Virus record (IMG/VR): IMGVR_UViG_3300013131_000038 | Span: 56,482-76,481 of that record | DNA from: an uncultured virus (IMG/VR IMGVR_UViG_3300013131_000038) | Taxonomy: Duplodnaviria > Heunggongvirae > Uroviricota > Caudoviricetes | DNA: 20,000 bases | Strand: one strand, 5' to 3' | Shown: one piece after another, positions 17,341 through 20,000 of the stretch | Layout: the number at the start of each line of letters is the position of its first letter | Numbering within the stretch: position 1 is the stretch's first letter | Notes under the pieces: generated by a model | Seen by the model: only the letters and a program-made list of their open reading frames with translations | What the model was told of the DNA's origin: nothing | Databases searched by the model: none | Translations under genes and position numbers: made by a program

Positions 17341-18246
17341 ATGAAACTCGCGCTTTGCTGCATCTCTAACATCCTTGCTGAACAAGGTCACAAGTTCCAA
17401 ACTATGACCTACACACGTTTCGTTTCGCAGTCTCGAAACGAAGCTTTGCGCGTTTTATCTGAGCGCATTCTCAACAACTTCATCGTTACCGATTTAACGA
17501 TCAAGCATTGCGCCGATCTCGGCATCGCTGGCTATCGCCTGTCATCGAGTTTGACTCCAGTCATCGATCACCCCAGCGTTGATCTTCAACTCGAACAGTT
17601 GCCCAACTGGTCCGACTTGTCTGCCGCTCTCGACAGCATCAAACGCACCATCGAGCAGACTGGCGTTCGCATCTCTGCTCACCCCTCCGAATATGTTTCG
17701 CTAACTAGCGACTCTCCGACTGTTATCGCGAACAGCACGCGAGATCTTATTTCGCACGCCAATCTTTTTGATCGCATCGGTTTGCCGAGCGATTATCGCT
17801 CACCGCTTAACATTCATTGTCGTCAAGACGGTGACGCGACCGTGATCTCGCAGCAGTTCATTAAAAACTTCAACACGTTACCGAGCAACGTTCGCTCTCG
17901 CTTAACTCTCGAAGTTAACGACAATGTCGGCGGCACTTGGACCGTCGCCAACTTGTTCAAGCACTTCTTCCAGACTAGCGGCATCCCAATTACTTACGAT
18001 TCGCTTCACCGTTCGCTTTGCAACGACGGCAGTTCCGACGAGCAAGACTTTTTCTTGGCTCACAAGACTTGGCCTACTGTGCCGCTCTTTCACTACTCTG
18101 AAGGCATTGACGGCACGCGCAAGCACGCCGATATGCCTACGTCCACGCCTCGTAGCTACGACACCGACGTTTACTTTGACGTAGAACTTAAAAACAAAGA
18201 TTATGCCATCCTTAAAATCATCAACGATTCAAACAAAATTAAATAA
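17341..18246 (+). CDS. uvsE: UV DNA damage endonuclease (UvsE/UVDE)
   Basis: LCCIS, YRLSS, RISAHPSEY, NIH, RLTLEVND, PITYDSLH, PLFHYSE, RKHAD and DVELKNKD. Confidence 0.93.
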   Translation: MKLALCCISNILAEQGHKFQTMTYTRFVSQSRNEALRVLSERILNNFIVTDLTIKHCADLGIAGYRLSSSLTPVIDHPSVDLQLEQLPNWSDLSAALDSIKRTIEQTGVRISAHPSEYVSLTSDSPTVIANSTRDLISHANLFDRIGLPSDYRSPLNIHCRQDGDATVISQQFIKNFNTLPSNVRSRLTLEVNDNVGGTWTVANLFKHFFQTSGIPITYDSLHRSLCNDGSSDEQDFFLAHKTWPTVPLFHYSEGIDGTRKHADMPTSTPRSYDTDVYFDVELKNKDYAILKIINDSNKIK

Positions 18247-18547
18247 TGATAAAAATGCGGTTATCGCCGCCCTAAAAAGAAGAAAGATTCGTTTCGCTAG
18301 TGATCAGTTTGTCTGCGACAGCGAAGACGGAGAAAAGGGGTTTGGTTTTACTGTTGTTACCGAACTCGTTACCTCGGTTATCGTTCCCGACTACAGCAAG
18401 CGGAAAGTTGGATTTTTAATTTATAACCAGCGAATGGCAGATCACCTAGAATCCGAAGGTCTTTCGTCAGAAGAGATCGAAAAGAAGGGTAAAGTCTGGT
18501 GCGTGGTGAAAAGTCGCGCAAATTTCCTTAAGATCTTGGGTTGTTAA
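18203..18547 (+). CDS. Hypothetical protein
   Basis: 114-aa ORF filling the gap after uvsE. The start overlaps uvsE by 44 nt and is uncertain. Confidence 0.55.
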   Translation: MPSLKSSTIQTKLNNDKNAVIAALKRRKIRFASDQFVCDSEDGEKGFGFTVVTELVTSVIVPDYSKRKVGFLIYNQRMADHLESEGLSSEEIEKKGKVWCVVKSRANFLKILGC

Positions 18548-18550
18548 CTT

Positions 18551-18790
18551 ATGCGATCTGCCACCATTTTCTCCTCTCCGAACGTCAACGAAGTTTACGC
18601 TGCGTACAGCGAGCTTTCGGCGGTGTTTTTAAAGCAATTTAAATTCCACGCAGAGTTTGGCATTTCTCACAAGACTACCGAAAAAGACTTTTCCCTGAAC
18701 GCTTACGACTTGAATGCCGTTGAGCAGAAGTTCCTCGAAGAGAAGGCTTTCGAAATTTCTCAAAAAAAGTTGAAGAAACCTGTTGACTGA
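18551..18790 (+). CDS. Hypothetical protein
   Basis: 79-aa ORF starting 3 nt after the previous stop. Confidence 0.55.
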   Translation: MRSATIFSSPNVNEVYAAYSELSAVFLKQFKFHAEFGISHKTTEKDFSLNAYDLNAVEQKFLEEKAFEISQKKLKKPVD

Positions 18791-18815
18791 TCCGAAAACT
18801 GTGGTAAGCTTTGCG
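18783..18815 (+). promoter_or_regulatory. Candidate sigma70-like promoter TTGACT-N16-TAAGCTTTGCG with TGn extended -10
   Basis: Upstream of the rIIA-like ATG 18832; matches the motif at 13601-13632. Confidence 0.6.
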
Positions 18816-18831
18816 TGCAAATCCATTGCTT

Positions 18832-20000
18832 ATGATTATCAAAGAAGTCCAGCGCAAGGTTGCCCAATCAGACAATTTCAAGAGCGAAATTGCCTCTATC
18901 GATCCCGAGGAGATGCGTTACGTTTCCTCGCTGCTTCGCAACAACTACTCGAACCCGATCCTCGCGACGGTTCGCGAACTGATCGCCAATGCTTCCGACG
19001 CGAACGTTGGCGAGCAAAAGATCGAAGTTCACTGCCCTTCGTTTTACGCTCCGACGTTCTCGGTTCGTGACTTTGGTGCAGGCTTGAGCGAAGACGATCT
19101 CTTTGGTCTCTACACGAAGTACGATCGCAGCACGAAGCGCAGCGACAATCTCGCAATTGGCGGTTTTGGCATCGGTCGCTTCGCGCCGCTCTCTTACGCC
19201 GATTCTTTCACGGTCACGTCGCGCCACAACGGTACGAAGACTGTTGTCAATGTTTTCGTTGACGAGCACGGCGACACTCGCTTCACGAAGCTCGCCTCTT
19301 CACCGTCGAACGAAGAGAGCGGTTTGGAAGTTTCTGTTGCGATCAAGGGCGGCGACGAGACTAGCTTCAACGACGCAATCAACGTTTGTGTTGCGTTCTC
19401 CTCGAAGCAATTCAAGATCAGCAACGCGCAGTTGTCTCCAATCAAGTGGTTGATCCGTTCCGAAAACTGGGGTTTTTACGAGCGCAATCCGCATCATACG
19501 GGTTCTTTCGTTGTTATGGGCGGCGTTCCTTATCGCATCGACCCAAAGCAGATTTTACCGCTCGTCTCAACTGAGCGTTCTCCGCTGCTTTTCAAGAAGT
19601 TTAGCGGCAACGAGCTGACCTTTAATTACGCTCTTTGCGAGTCTAATTTTATTCTTTTTATGCCGATTGGCTCGGTTGCGATTCACCACTCGCGTGAGCA
19701 GTTAGAGTATAACGTTACCACGAAGCGAGTTATTCTCGCGGCACTCGAACGCGCCTTTGGCGAGATCGGAAACACTTTTCAAGAGAAGCTTGTCGAAAAC
19801 AAAACGTTCGAAACGTTCGTTGCTAAACTCCACGAAGCGCAACAAAATTCTTCCCCGCTTCTCCGTCGAGCGGCACGGGCCTGCGTTTTCAAGTTCATCG
19901 ACGCCAACAATGTTTCTCATGACGTTGAACTCCACAACGTTGGCAGCGTTGAGTGCGCTTACAAGCGGTCGAGCGTTAGCTCGAACATTCGCTCGGTCAA
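18832..20000 (+). CDS. rIIA: rIIA-like protein with N-terminal GHKL (HATPase) domain, 3'-truncated by window
   Basis: Manual translation: MIIKEVQRKVAQSDNFKSEIASIDPEEMRYVSSLLRNNYSNPILATVRELIANASDA...FSVRDFGAGLS...STKRSDNLAIGGFGIGRFAPLSYADSFTVTS...VVMGGVPY...IGSVAIHHSREQLEYN. Open to the window end, so absent from the ORF track. Confidence 0.88.
   Translation, partial: MIIKEVQRKVAQSDNFKSEIASIDPEEMRYVSSLLRNNYSNPILATVRELIANASDANVGEQKIEVHCPSFYAPTFSVRDFGAGLSEDDLFGLYTKYDRSTKRSDNLAIGGFGIGRFAPLSYADSFTVTSRHNGTKTVVNVFVDEHGDTRFTKLASSPSNEESGLEVSVAIKGGDETSFNDAINVCVAFSSKQFKISNAQLSPIKWLIRSENWGFYERNPHHTGSFVVMGGVPYRIDPKQILPLVSTERSPLLFKKFSGNELTFNYALCESNFILFMPIGSVAIHHSREQLEYNVTTKRVILAALERAFGEIGNTFQEKLVENKTFETFVAKLHEAQQNSSPLLRRAARACVFKFIDANNVSHDVELHNVGSVECAYKRSSVSSNIRSV

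Noticed and set aside
19117..19140. rIIA KYDRSTK instead of the more usual Y-G/F-x-STK as a sign of inactivation
   Set aside because: A single substitution at a variable position; all core GHKL motifs are intact.
18783..19935. Short ORFs on both strands here, and similar 60-150-aa ORFs inside nrdB, J, I, GT and uvsE
   Set aside because: Alternate-frame or antisense shadows of well-supported genes, with no motifs.
1..20000. CRISPR arrays, tRNAs, rRNAs, DGR template/variable repeats, intrinsic terminators
   Set aside because: Intergenic gaps are about 40 bp or less. No periodic repeats, reverse transcriptase, adenine-specific repeat pairs or convincing hairpin-plus-U-tract were seen.

Overview
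Fragment of a large tailed dsDNA phage genome in the standard genetic code, densely packed with genes. Left (+): 3' end of class Ia ribonucleotide reductase nrdA, then complete nrdB. Centre (-, 1681-13094): a lambda-type tail-tip module, L - K (JAB domain only) - I (ubiquitin-like N-terminus, enlarged to 988 aa) - J. The J-like central tail protein is split into two collinear genes separated by a small Ig-like gene. Both J halves begin with the same 12-residue leader (MKILNPLRFFRG / MKMLNPFRFLRG), encoded by a 37-bp imperfect direct repeat. L, I and J carry many inserted adhesion or glycan-binding-like modules. Right (+): a GNAT-like gene, a Zn-dependent deaminase, a T4 beta-glucosyltransferase-like GT-B enzyme, several hypotheticals, a PD-(D/E)XK-like protein, UV-damage endonuclease UvsE, and an rIIA-like GHKL protein that runs off the window and is missing from the ORF track. 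All family assignments come from motif recognition by eye; no database searches were run.
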